From Blepharisma stoltei ATCC 30299 (taxonomy: Eukaryota; Protista; Ciliophora): 64,000 nucleotides of DNA. Position 1 is the stretch's first letter, and each line of letters starts with the position of its first letter. Below the pieces are notes generated by a model. That model was not told where the DNA came from. It searched no databases and was given only the letters and a program-made list of their open reading frames with translations. Location: NCBI GenBank assembly GCA_965603825.1, contig CBFDEM010000029.1, positions 310,001-374,000 on the forward strand, in the 5' to 3' direction. Shown one piece after another: positions 48,552-60,655 of this stretch. The position numbers were made by a program, and so were the translations under genes.

Positions 48552-49187
48552 CTGCGTCTTTGCTTTTAATAATTCAAGTTTTACTCTTTTCCGTAATGCA
48601 AGTTCTCTCTGATTTAATGATTCTTTTATGTTTCTATAATTTCCGGTACTATACAAACTTTCTTGTGTCATATTTTGTGTGGCATCACTCAGCAATTTTG
48701 CCCCGACCTGGGTTTTTGCAAGATTTTTTATTAGTTCTTTTGGGATTTTGGCACAAATTGTACTTTCTGGTGGGGGAGATTCTATACATTCGTGAATCCT
48801 CATCCAAATTTGTATGTTATTTAAAGTCTCGCCTTTTCATGTAGACGCTAACGATTCTAGGATGTGAGGGATTCTTTTATTTCTTTTTCGTTGGGTTTCG
48901 AAGGTCTTGGACCTTGGCAGGTGGTAATTCTCCATTGATCGGAGGGATTTTATGCTTTTTTTGACAGCGTCGTATTTTGGGACTTTTTTGTTTAGCTCGA
49001 TGCTGGCTTGGACTGATTCTTCTAATTTTTTCTTTAATTTTGTGTCATATTTGAGCAGAGTTTGGATCCTGGGACTTCGGAGACTTAGGCGCTCATGAGG
49101 GGTGTCGATTGATCGAGGAGAATTTTTAGCTCGGTCTGTCATAATTATTCTGGAGAAGTCTGCTTTGAGTCTGGGAAGGGATTTCAT
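48543..49187 (-). CDS. Hypothetical basic protein, 214 aa
   Basis: Track ORFs 48837..49187 and 48543..48803 are in frame via TGA=W. Confidence 0.7.
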
Positions 49188-49325
49188 TTCTTTATTTTAT
49201 TTAAATATTAAATAGCTCAAAGAGACTGAAATTTCTTAGATTTTTGATGCTCTTCGAATGGCATTATTGCATCACATTTTTTTAAAAAAATAGCACATAT
49301 GCCTATTTTTAAATAAATTCATGTT

Positions 49326-50672
49326 TTAATTAAAATAATAAAAGATTTTTAAAGCCTTGTGAGAGCCGATTGTAAAAATCACTTCACTGACTTCTTTTGC
49401 AGTAAATTTTGAATTTGCTATTGATACAATTCTTTTCGGAGAAAAAATTGAAAATTCAGACAATTTTTCATTTCTTGCTTGAAAAATTTCAAAATTATTA
49501 TTTTTTTCAGGATGTTTTAATTCATTTTCTCCCATAGTTTTCCATATCACAAATTTCCCTTTTTCAGACCCACATATAATATGATTAAAATCTGAAGAAA
49601 AATTTGCTGAAATTGGATGCTTAGAGTTAACCGCCCCTTTGTATTTTTGTAATAAATTCCCTGTTTTATATTGAAAAAGCCGGGATCTTGAGTCATTTGT
49701 CGTTATAAGAATCACATCATTATCCATAAATTCTAGTCCTGTGACTTTTTTGCCAAATCGTTTGAATCCTGAATGGTTTCTGGATTTTAATATAGAATGA
49801 AACCTCAGTTTTAAGTCAAAGCTAGGGCTCTGGTAAAAAATCACTCTTCCATGAGATAGTCCTGCTGCAAGGAATTCTCCTTGTGGGGAATATTTAATTA
49901 CATAAATATCATTGCTAGCCTTATAATTCGCTTCTACTTGACTTGTTGATATATTTACAATCCTTATTATACGATCATGCCCTGCTGTAGCAAAATATCC
50001 TGGAACCATAGGATGAAAACAGACAGAATGAACAGGGCAAGGGTGTATAAATGTCATAACAGGATTTTCGCTATTTCTCCATAATTTTACAGTAGAGTCT
50101 AATGAGGATGATAACAAAAGACCATCCTGGTTTCAGCTAATGTCGGTAACTTTGTCTGTATGATGATTCAATATTAAGGATGGGGTTGGATTAATCAATT
50201 CATTTTTATTAGAGAGATCAATATTCAGATCGTAGATAGAAATTATACCAGAGTCGCCTGTTATAGCAAGATGCTTAGAATTTTGACTAAATTTGAGGAT
50301 TCAAACTTCAGTTTTAGATTCTCCTACAATATTGATCTCTTGGGCTAAGTGGAAATTTGAAAAACTGGCTGGCTCAATTATTTCTGATCTCAATTTTGTA
50401 GGTAAATCACTCTTATTAGTGCCTCTTTTAAGTGAAAAAGACCTAACTTTGGGCTTGTCAACAGTATGACCAATTGTGTGGAAAACGCTTTCGTGTAGTG
50501 ATCCTGAGTCTCTTAAATCTGAGATTGAAGTTATTGATTTTCCAAGCGGATGTCTGAAAGAATCTCGAGAGAATATGCTTGTGGAGGCTTTTTCGAGATC
50601 TAATGGAGTCTCAAAAGCATCAAAAAACTCTTCATTCTCTTCAGCTTGCTGTTGGTTAATTTTAGAGATCAT
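49326..50672 (-). CDS. WDR44 (rabphilin-11)-like WD40 protein, 448 aa, with N-terminal FFAT-like motif
   Basis: EEFFDAFE; SSSLDSTVKLW; LITTNDSRSRL and KYKG..ANFSSD..IICGSE resemble WDR44; joined by TGA=W. Confidence 0.75.
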
Positions 50673-51366
50673 AAAAAATATATGATTTATTATATTAAAT
50701 TATCGAATTTTGATATAGAAAAGATAGAAAAAGATAAAAATCAGAAAGACTTTTAGATAGAATGAGGAGAATTTTTCATTTTTATATGTAGTTTAATTAT
50801 TAATTAAATATAAAGAGAAAGGAAATTTAAGTTTCTATACAAATGCGTTATAAAATTCGATTAAAATTTAAGGCTGAAAGTAATTAAAATTTTACTTTTA
50901 TTAAAATTAATACTAATTTTGATGGCAATAAAATAGGTAATTTCTATTTAAATTAAGGTGAGTGTTTTGAATTTATCAAAATTATATTTGAATTTATAAA
51001 TATATGACTTAATATTTGGTTAATAGTAATGATAATTATTTTAATCTGCGTGCATATTTCAAACTTGTAAAGTTTATCAATAAATAATTATAAGCTCCTT
51101 AATTAAATTTAATAATTATTATTCAAGTTTTAGAAGACTCTGCAAAACTTAACTTAAAACTTCAAGCTTAATCAGTTTTTATGCATATATTAGTTATTAA
51201 GACCCTAAAGGATATTTACTGTCCTTAAATTTGGCTTCTTAAGGTTTAGTTTTTCCTTATATAATTAAGGGCATTCTAGTGAGACTGTCATATGGAATCT
51301 TCAATTCAGACTCATTATATATCAAGCCTATTTTCAATTTTTATTTATTTAGGTATCTTTATAATA

Positions 51367-52083
51367 ATGAAGTCAAGATTCACTGAAGAAATAGGTCAGG
51401 ATTCTAAAAATTCTACTTTCGAAGACATCGAAATAATCCGCAACTTCAGCCCTAAATCAAAGAAAAATTCAAATCAAGATCAGCCAGACACAAAAATTGT
51501 GTATTCCCCACTTATGGATGAGCTAAAACAATCAACCCCGATATCTGTTAATTTAAGTGTAGAAAACCTTGAACAACCCCAAAGAGTCCCAAATAATTCA
51601 ATTTTTTGCCGAATTTGCTTGGACTCCTCAAATTCTAAAGACTTAATTGTTCCATGCTCATGTAAAGAAAAATCAAAATTTGTTCATAAGAAATGCATAA
51701 AGAAATGGCTTGCCGATAACTCCAAGGATAATATAATTGAAAAAAGCTGCAAAATCTGCAACCAAAATTTATCCATAAAATATAAATACTCTCACACGCT
51801 AAGCTTAAATTTCGGAGAAGAAAATAAAGTATGGTCACCTATAATTGGGTGCTGTATATTAATTGGTGTTTTAATATGAGGAATAATTAAAGAATCCCAG
51901 TCTGCTGATATCGCAAAAGACGTTATTGTGGATTTATTGATTTCCATTTTAGCTATTTTTGTGCTAATTTTTATAGTAATGGCTTGATGTTTACTAAAAG
52001 AAAGATGCTGGACAAAGGTTTTTGAATGGGAAATTCAGAATAAAAGTCCTCAAAATTCTCCTGATAATAAAATAACTGTCTAA
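51367..52083 (+). CDS. RING-CH (MARCH-like) membrane E3 ligase, 238 aa
   Basis: CRIC..PCSC..VHKKCIKKW..CKIC followed by two TMs after TGA=W; TAA at 52081-52083. Confidence 0.85.
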
Positions 52084-52114
52084 TTTAGATTTTTAATAGG
52101 TTTATTATAAGTTT

Positions 52115-52906
52115 TTAAGCTAATTTATATCTGCTTCTTACTTCTGGCTCCACTTTTCTCGTCTTATCCAAAATTTCACTTGTTTTTCCAACATATATCA
52201 TATCAATCGAGCTTCTTAGCTTACTTTCCATGTTTTCAACTGCAAAAATCATTCCATATATATGAGCATCTGCATACAAATTGCTATTAGCAGCTGCGGT
52301 CTCTTGGTTCTGCCTTGAAACGCTTCCACTTAATTCTACTTTTCCAGCTACTGGGTCATTAATTGTAATTTGTAAAAACACAGTCGTTGTTATTACATAA
52401 GTTATTGTTCTGCTTTCTGGCGACAATCTTACAGTCACCAAATTCGTAGACTCCCATGCACCTTTTTCTACAATCCCTGAAGGTCCTAAATCCTTTTTCA
52501 CAAGAAAAGCTCCAGCGAACTCATTAGGATTTGTGTCCCATAAGTAAGCAGAAGCTGTTCCTCCTTCATAGTAAAGTTTTCGATATTCACTAAAAATGTC
52601 ATTAGCTTTTATTTCCATTTGGCGGAGATCGGCTGATGGACCATGGCTGTCTGGAAGAGGGGGTTGGTAGTTGTTACTATAAGGAGACCTGTATGAGTCA
52701 CCATCACGATTGAATTCACAAAGGATGAATTGGTTGCCTGTAGTTTCACAGACTCCTAATTCTAAAGGTTTGTCGACTCTTTGATAGACTTGATCAACTA
52801 TTTCTTCATTTTCAATTAATTTAGAGACGCCAGCGAGGTTTTTTTCACATGCAGAAGGAGGCATTCTCCTCATAAGTCCAAGAGATGAGGTAAGAACTGC
52901 GCTCAT
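52115..52906 (-). CDS. CAPZB: F-actin capping protein subunit beta
   Basis: LMRRMPP, CEFNRDGDSYRSPYSN, LYYEGG..S.YLWD, VENME conserved motifs. Confidence 0.95.
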   Translation of the reverse strand: MSAVLTSSLGLMRRMPPSACEKNLAGVSKLIENEEIVDQVYQRVDKPLELGVCETTGNQFILCEFNRDGDSYRSPYSNNYQPPLPDSHGPSADLRQMEIKANDIFSEYRKLYYEGGTASAYLWDTNPNEFAGAFLVKKDLGPSGIVEKGAWESTNLVTVRLSPESRTITYVITTTVFLQITINDPVAGKVELSGSVSRQNQETAAANSNLYADAHIYGMIFAVENMESKLRSSIDMIYVGKTSEILDKTRKVEPEVRSRYKLA

Positions 52907-54080
52907 TTTATATGATTATTATTCGCCATATGGCTTATAAAAATATTTCATATATTTCTGAATGCTATAGAGCTAAAATCTAATTTACGCTGATTGAAAG
53001 ACCAGACCTTACTATAATTTTGATGGCTTTATTGTTACTGGGCATATCTCAAGGAGAAAGAATTGAAGTCATATGATAAATTTAATTATTGCAAAGTCTA
53101 TGCAAATCTCTATAAAGAAACATATTTATCTATGTGTAGGTCACAGAAACACGAAAATCTAATTAATAAAATAAAGGAAAATTTACATTGAAATTCAGAA
53201 ATTTTATCTAGCTAGTGCATGCTCTTATTATTAAAATTTTACGAAAATTAAAATTGATTTTAGCTTATCCAATGAAATACCTTGATACTATTTTTCTTAT
53301 TATTGAATAGGTGTAATTTATAAAATTATTTTAAAGCAAGTTTTCTGGATTTATAATGATTCTTAAATCATCAAAAATTATCATTTTAAGACCCAATCAA
53401 AACATGAAAGCTTCGATTATAGCTGAAATTTTAAGTTGAGGATATATAATATATGATAATATAATTTAAAACTAAAATAAAATTTGCAAATATTATGAAA
53501 AAAACTGATGAAGATAGCTATATTCAAATTGCGATAGAAGATTTTACTCAAGGTGAGCCTAATTTCGATCAATTTAAAAGCATTATTAGATATGAGTATT
53601 CAAAAATTTTTTAATTGGAGCAAATTTTCATAACTTTGGAGAAATTTAAAAGGGGAATATTTAACAGAACTATTAGAGCGGACATTTGCCTTAGATCATA
53701 GGACAATTATTAGAAATTCCAAAATTTTGCATTTGTTTTAGCAAATTTAATAATTTTTTTAAATATAATTAATAAAAATCTTATAAGCAGAACCTAGATA
53801 TAAAACAAACCTGATATCTAAAATCTACACAGCATTTGCAATTAATTTATAATTTTACCAGTTAAATTGATCTTCCACCCAGAAATCACAAAAATCAATC
53901 AAAATTTTGAATTTCCTTGTATTTTCGCAAATCTAATTTTATTCATTTTCATTTCTCCCGATTTTAAGCGAAAAGTAAATTTTCATAACTTTTTGCATAA
54001 TAATTATTTTTCAAAATATTTTAACTATTAAAAATATTTCTTATATCAAACAATAATCCATCTCATAATAAAAATTGTAA

Positions 54081-54467
54081 ATGCGCCGTATGGATATAGA
54101 AAAATCAAGAGGACATCGCAATTCAGATTTTTTTGAAGCGATTGACCTATCTCAAATACCTACGAACTGCTTCTTATCCTCTGCATACGACCCTCAAAGT
54201 ATAAATACTTCTGGGTCGCATGACGAGTCTTCATCCTCAGAAGATTCCAAGCGATATGAAATTTCCCAGCCTTCCTTGGACTCAATGGTAAAGGATTGTT
54301 TTAAACGGCAAAACTGTGTCACAGAAATAAACCCAATGTTTATGGTCCAAACAGAAAAATGTAACAATAAGCTGCGATATGAATTAAATGAAATCTTATT
54401 TTCTGGAATTATAAGCAGCAATTGGGAAATGGGAGAAATTCCAGATGACTGTATTGATGATTTATAA
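54081..54467 (+). CDS. Hypothetical protein, 128 aa
   Basis: ATG..TAA ORF with coding-like GC content amid AT-rich flanks. Confidence 0.6.
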   Translation: MRRMDIEKSRGHRNSDFFEAIDLSQIPTNCFLSSAYDPQSINTSGSHDESSSSEDSKRYEISQPSLDSMVKDCFKRQNCVTEINPMFMVQTEKCNNKLRYELNEILFSGIISSNWEMGEIPDDCIDDL

Positions 54468-55189
54468 TTACGCATTTTGCGGATAATTAATTTGTAAGAT
54501 TAAATTTTATCAGTAACTTTGTAAGAACTGAACCATTTATAGACTGGAAAAGAGAACGCAAGCGGTTTATTAGCTTTTTTATGAGGAGGTTTATGAAGGA
54601 AAATCGTTTAGTGAAGGGAAAATTGCTTTTATTGCAATGATATTATGGAAAGAATTGGTAGTCGTTAAATGTGATGACGTAGGTATATGCTGGTTGAAAT
54701 ATGGATGGTGACAGGGAAGATTTTAACTAGATAGCTCATTGGCATTTTATATTGCAATGAAAGAGCTAGATTTAGTACTTTAGATAAGCTAAATAAAGAA
54801 TTTTTTATGATAAATAGTAATAAATATTGTATTAGACTATTTTTATATCGGCTAATGATGGTTTTATGTATGAATAATTAATTTATTTTATCAAATGATT
54901 TAAGAACTTAAAAATTAATCAGTTTTTCAATGTGTACAGCAAATATTATATCTGAATAGTTTCCATTATGATTTTTTCCAACAGGGGTAATTTACTGTTT
55001 TCAGTTTTTATATCAAAGATAAAGTAATTCTGCATAAATTCTATCTTATTTCTCTGTCTATCTAATTAATTTTTCATCAAAAAAATCATCCAAAATTTAC
55101 CACGTTTATCCCACATTATTTTTTATTATTTATAAACCCCACATTTCTTAATTACGTTTATTAACACTTATAAGACTTCCATTTATATT

Positions 55190-55678
55190 CTATACAGAAT
55201 CAAACGACCTATTTTTGTGTGTGAGATCTTCTTTACTTGGCCTCATTTTTGCACGACTTTCTCTTAGCTCCCCTAAAATATTTAAGCTCGATACCTTCCT
55301 TTGCAAAGGCAAAGAATTTTCATATCCTCTACCAAAATACATTGTGTACATTTCCCTTGTTTTCTCATACCCATTTTGTGCATAGATATATGGTAAAAAG
55401 TCCAAGACTTTATTAGGAACAACATTTTTCAAAGAATTGCTTCGTTTAAATGCTTGCCCTTCATACAAAAGCACTGAGGATACATCAAAACTTTCAATCC
55501 TTTTTCTGGCAGTTATAATGGAAGGCAGACTTGTAGTCTCTGACATTTTTCGCATAGGAAACTCAATGGACCGAGGAACTTGTGTAATTATTTCATTTTG
55601 TGGTTTTGTGTTTAGGACTGAGGGTATACTCAGCGTAAATGACCGAATTTGCTCTTTTGGGCTGTTTTTTGTACTCAT
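55190..55678 (-). CDS. Hypothetical protein, 162 aa
   Basis: ATG..TAG ORF, S/K/R-rich, coding-like composition. Confidence 0.6.
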   Translation of the reverse strand: MSTKNSPKEQIRSFTLSIPSVLNTKPQNEIITQVPRSIEFPMRKMSETTSLPSIITARKRIESFDVSSVLLYEGQAFKRSNSLKNVVPNKVLDFLPYIYAQNGYEKTREMYTMYFGRGYENSLPLQRKVSSLNILGELRESRAKMRPSKEDLTHKNRSFDSV

Positions 55679-55993
55679 TCTATAATTTGTATGGTGTGAT
55701 ACTTTTGAGCAGTAAATAAAATTATCAGTGAAGCCATTTATGGAGAGAGCTTAATAAAAATAAATATCTCTTGGTATGATTAGAAAAGCTATGGATTTTT
55801 GAGTGGGCGTATTGAGTATTTATCTCTTGGATTTTTATAGGTTATTTTACCAATTTTAATGAATAATTTGAAATTATTTCTTATACTACAAGAAATATGA
55901 GGATTTATATAGTAATAAAGGTTTAAATTAATTTTGAGAAATTTTTATCAGTTTATTATTGTTTCATGCCTTGGTTATTTCCCATAATTTATT

Positions 55994-56581
55994 ATGTCAA
56001 CATCTAAAAAGGAGATTAAAATCTTAGTCCTCGGCAACCCAGGGTAAAATCTATACAGTGTTGGCAAAAATACTTTCATAGGGCAAGGCAGTTATAAAAA
56101 ATTCACAGGTGTAGCAGACTGACTAACTCGCCGATTAAGCGTTGAAGGAAAACTTCGCACAGTAAAGCTCTGAAATGGCTCACAAGGTGGTGAAAGATTT
56201 TCATCATTAGGAAACAGAGCTGAATTTTATAAGTCCTTTGATGGCTGCATTTTATTATATGACATAACCTCAACTAACAGCTTCAGTGCTTTAGAATCAT
56301 GAAAAAATGAATTTTGCATTCTAAGGGGAATTAAGGATGTCACTAGATACCCACTTCTTATAGTAGGAAATAAACTGGATTTAGAGGTACAAAGGACTGT
56401 GCAATATCATGAAGCTGCTGAATGGTGCCTTCAAAATGGAAATTTGTCATTCCAAGAGATTTCTGCGAACTCGAGCCCTGTCGATCCTATTTTAGAAGAA
56501 ATTATAAGGTCGGTTGATATTTTGGATCAGGAATCGCTCAAAATAAATCAGGAAAAAACGTGCAAGTGTTTAATTTTTTAA
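55994..56581 (+). CDS. Divergent Rab7-like small GTPase, 190 aa; intron 56044..56058
   Basis: KILVLGNPG|VGKN after splicing gtaaaatctatacag; ERFSSLG..FYKSFDGCILLYD; GNKLD; EISAN; C-terminal CKCLIF. Confidence 0.8.
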
Positions 56582-56686
56582 TAAGTTTGAGTAAATGAGA
56601 TTTTCCTGATAATAAAAATAAAGAAAACTAGCCTTTTACGAGGTAAGCGTCTATTAATTTTATATGTTCTGAACCATAAATATAAA

Positions 56687-56938
56687 ATGGGGTTCTTAAC
56701 TAAATTTATTCTTAGCAGAGTGGTAAACGGATTCTATGGAAGCACGAAAAAAGGCCTCTCATCTTTATATGATCCAAACAATGGCATGTGGATCGCAGGA
56801 GCATTGTCAAAACTTCGTGAGTCAAAGTTCAAGGCAGATCAAGACGCTCAAAAGAAATTCACTGACTCTCTCTATGATCAAAGCATGAAAGAAGTCTTCA
56901 AGCAAGCTGTGCCAAAATTGGAGCAACAGCATAAATAA
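56687..56938 (+). CDS. Small hypothetical protein, 83 aa (possibly mitochondrial)
   Basis: Clean ATG..TAA ORF, coding-like composition, basic amphipathic N-terminus; location is inference only. Confidence 0.65.
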   Translation: MGFLTKFILSRVVNGFYGSTKKGLSSLYDPNNGMWIAGALSKLRESKFKADQDAQKKFTDSLYDQSMKEVFKQAVPKLEQQHK

Positions 56939-57607
56939 GATTAATCGTCTACGATTAAGGATAATACCTAGTTATAAGTGAAAAATACTTCTAAAATCTC
57001 TAGTTATAATTCCAGTTTGAAATGTCAATAGAATTAATATTGAAAAGGCTTGAATAAGTTCTAGAATTACAGATTAGATTTAAATAAGATATAAAAGGCA
57101 AATAAAACCATGTTCTTGAAAAAAGAGAATAATTAAATACGATAAATGGTCTAATTGAATACAGAAAAGGATTAGAAAGCTGCAGATGTGCCAAAGAGAA
57201 ATCATTGATATTAAATCGATCAAAATCAATTAGGATTGTCCTGATAAAATCTTCAATAGTTTAGGTTTTAGCCTTAATACGCCTATAGTTTATATATAAA
57301 TGAATAATTTATCAGTTTATATATCAAATATGAGTGACTTTTAGGTATAGTCAAGACTCTATACAAGCTCAGAATGAAAAATAATCAAAATTTTCAAAGA
57401 TTTTTAAGTTAAATCCGCTAATACATAAATTTATACACAAACGGCAAATTATAAATTTAATTTTCAAATAAAACCTCCAATTTTACTTATCATCTTCTCT
57501 AACTTAACTCAGAATTTACCCTAAAATCATGTCGCCCTTTACAAAATTACGAATATTAATTTACTGGACATTTAAATTCATAAAATGTGGTAAATCCATC
57601 TAATACA

Positions 57608-59029
57608 ATGAGAATTGCATGATTTTTTATTATATCAATCTGAACACTAGTAGAATCCACCACTTCCTGTGATAGCGATTCCCACTGTTTAGCTCCCTAC
57701 CAATGCTTTAATACCCAATGTGAAATCCTTTTTGCTGGAACTTGCAAGCGAGATGTTGACTGCAGCAGTCTTCACCATTGCAGTGATGGGAAATGCGAAC
57801 ATAAATCTCTTTTCCCTATACAAGGCTTAGAAGTCATGGGAACAGTCATGACCATTCTGATTTCAGGGCTGTCTAATGCAGCAGGAATTGGAGGCGGCCC
57901 ACTTAACACTATAACTACACAGGTTTTTTTTGGCTTTGACACCTATAGAGCTGTAGCATTTTCTCAGGTCGCGATTTTTGGAGGAAGCCTGATGTCAGTC
58001 GCACTAAAAATCCCTGCTAGACATCCTACAAAGGATCGGCCTCTGTTGGACTATGAACTAGTCGCTTATTTAATAGCGCCTTTATTATCAGGAACTTCTA
58101 TAGGCGTTGCTTTACATTTGATTTTTCCTGACTGGCTGACTGTCACTTTATTAGTGATTTTGCTTGTGTATGTTTCTTATAAAACTGCTAAAAAAGGGAT
58201 AAGTATATATAAAGCAGAAACAAAACATAGGATTAGCTTTGATAGCATAAATCCTGAAGCCGGGCCTGAGGTGTCTATATTAGATAAAGAGCCTGAAGAG
58301 GTAAAAGAAGAAAATTTGTTATTGCAAAACCATTTAAAAGAAGAAAAAAAATTAGTTCCAGTAGGCCCTGCATCCACAATTGGGTTGATCTATTCAATTG
58401 TGTTATTGGCTTCGTTTGTTAAGGGCGGAAAAGGGGTGAATTCGATAATAGGGATTTCGCAGTGTTCAGCTGGGTATTGGATTTTTTTGATTTTTTATTT
58501 TATTGTGCTGATGATTATAACTTGGCACTTGGGGAATAATTTAATAGAAAAAACCAAACAAAGAATTGAGGCAAATTATGATTTTGATGAAAGTGATCCT
58601 AAATGGAACAAAAAATCAGCAACTATTATTGGATCAGTGACTTTTGCTGCTGGAATTGCAGCTGGTAGTTTAGGAATAGGAGGAGGCTTAATAATGAACC
58701 CATTTATGCTTGCCCTTGGAATCCGGCCTGAAATATCTACAGCATGTTCAAATTTAATGGTCTTATTCAGCTCATCAATATCATTTTTACAATATTGTAT
58801 TAGTGGAATTATTAGTATTGACTATGGAATTTGGCTATTTATTTCTTCTCTATGTGGGTCTTTACTTGGCTTCATAGTAATCAAGCAAATTTTAAAAAAA
58901 ATAAATAGGCCGTCTCTCATTATTTTACTATTAGCCTTTATGCTTACTGCAAGCTTAATAGGAATTTTTGTTACAGGAATTGCGACTATTATTGATGAAG
59001 AATATTATGGATTCTCAAGCATGTGTTAA
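57608..59029 (+). CDS. TauE/SafE (sulfite exporter family) transporter with signal peptide and Cys-rich N-terminus, 473 aa
   Basis: SNAAGIGGG, HP..DRPLLDY, GSLGIGGG..P motifs; extended upstream to ATG 57608 with TGA=W. Confidence 0.9.
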
Positions 59030-59124
59030 TTAAAGAATTTTTTAAAGCGTAATTTCAGATTATAATATATATAATGTAATTCAAGATAATAAAATAATTT
59101 TTTAGTAGTAAATTGCGTCATAAA

Positions 59125-60555
59125 ATGAAAGCAATTTTAGCCTTGCTATTGATTTACTTTCAGATTGTTATTTCCCAGCAGTGCGTTGATAGTAGCGATT
59201 GTGATGTGAATCAGCAATGCATTGATGGTATTTGTGAAAATCTCTTATACAAATCAGATAAGTGCGAGCGTGATAAAGATTGCAAGTCTTATCAAAAGTG
59301 TGAGGATGGCGAGTGCAAGCACAAAGACTTAATTCCTATACAAGGGATAGAGATAGTCGGCTCAATATTCACAGTTATCATTATTGGCTTATCAAATACA
59401 GCTGGGATTGGTGGAGGACCATTAAACACTATGATCCTCCAGTCATTTTTCAATTTCGACACCTATAAGTCTATAGCGTATACCCAGGTCGCTATTTTTG
59501 GAGGAAGTTTAATGACAATTGGCTTAAAAATCCCATCAAGGCACCCTAAAAAGGATAAGCCACTGATCGACTATGAACTCGTGGCCTTTCTTATAGCCCC
59601 ACTGCTAGCTGGGACCTCAATTGGGGTGATTTTCCATACAATTTTCCCAGACTGGCTTACTATAGGCTTACTTGTAGCTTTATTGCTATATTTGTCGTAT
59701 TCTATTACAAAAAAAGGAATTTTGTCTTTTAAAAAGGAAACAGCAATCAGCAAAAATGCTTTGGCGATTGACCCTATGATAGAAGACAAAAAATTAGAAA
59801 CGTCAGTGCTTGACAAAGATGTGACTGAGGACGACAAAAATCCAGCCCTTGAGCTGATTTTGGAGTCAGAAAAAAAGATTGTCCCACCTTCAAGTGTCGC
59901 GACCATTGCACTTATTTATTTAGTTGTCCTGGTTGCGTCGTTTATGAAAGGAGGGAAAGGAATGGATTCTATTATAGGAATTACCCAATGTGGGGTTGGC
60001 TATTGGATTTTTCTGATTTTTTATTTTATTATTTTGATGCTAATTACCTATCATATGGGAAATGGTTTAGTGATGGCGACCCAAAAGAAAATTGATGCTG
60101 GGTATGACTTTGATGAATATGACGTAAAATGGAATAAAAAATCTGCGAGCATTATAGCAGCTGTCAGTTTGATAGCAGGAATTGCTGCAGGAGCACTTGG
60201 GATAGGTGGAGGGCTTATTATGAACCCTTTTCTCCTATATCTAGGGAACCGCCCAGAGGTATCAACTGCGTGCTCTAATCTGATGATTCTTTTTAGCTCC
60301 TCTATATCGTTTTTCCAATACTCAATTGGAGGGATTATAGGGATTTCATATGGTTTGTGGCTATTTTTTATATCACTTGGTGGGTCAGCTTTAGGATTTT
60401 TTGTTATTAAAAAAATTATGCAAAAGGTTGGAAGGCCATCCATAATAATTCTTGTGTTAGCATTTATGATAATTGCAAGCTTGATCGGGATTTCTGTCAA
60501 CGGGGTTATAGCAATTATAGAAGAAGAACGATACGGATTTGCAGGAATCTGCTAA
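59125..60555 (+). CDS. TauE/SafE transporter paralogue with Cys-rich N-terminus, 476 aa
   Basis: Same motifs; ATG 59125. Confidence 0.9.
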   Translation: MKAILALLLIYFQIVISQQCVDSSDCDVNQQCIDGICENLLYKSDKCERDKDCKSYQKCEDGECKHKDLIPIQGIEIVGSIFTVIIIGLSNTAGIGGGPLNTMILQSFFNFDTYKSIAYTQVAIFGGSLMTIGLKIPSRHPKKDKPLIDYELVAFLIAPLLAGTSIGVIFHTIFPDWLTIGLLVALLLYLSYSITKKGILSFKKETAISKNALAIDPMIEDKKLETSVLDKDVTEDDKNPALELILESEKKIVPPSSVATIALIYLVVLVASFMKGGKGMDSIIGITQCGVGYWIFLIFYFIILMLITYHMGNGLVMATQKKIDAGYDFDEYDVKWNKKSASIIAAVSLIAGIAAGALGIGGGLIMNPFLLYLGNRPEVSTACSNLMILFSSSISFFQYSIGGIIGISYGLWLFFISLGGSALGFFVIKKIMQKVGRPSIIILVLAFMIIASLIGISVNGVIAIIEEERYGFAGIC

Positions 60556-60655
60556 AAATCCCACAAGGAACGTTAATTAAGTTAGTAAATTTCTTCATTT
60601 TTTAAAATCTGTTGCATATTATTTTTTAATAAAATAGTTTTTTCAGTTACAAGAA

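Noticed and set aside
59571-60500. Antisense track ORFs over real genes (e.g. 59571..59906, 60051..60500, 39156..39455, 62900..63211)
   Set aside because: Shadow frames of well-supported genes on the opposite strand.
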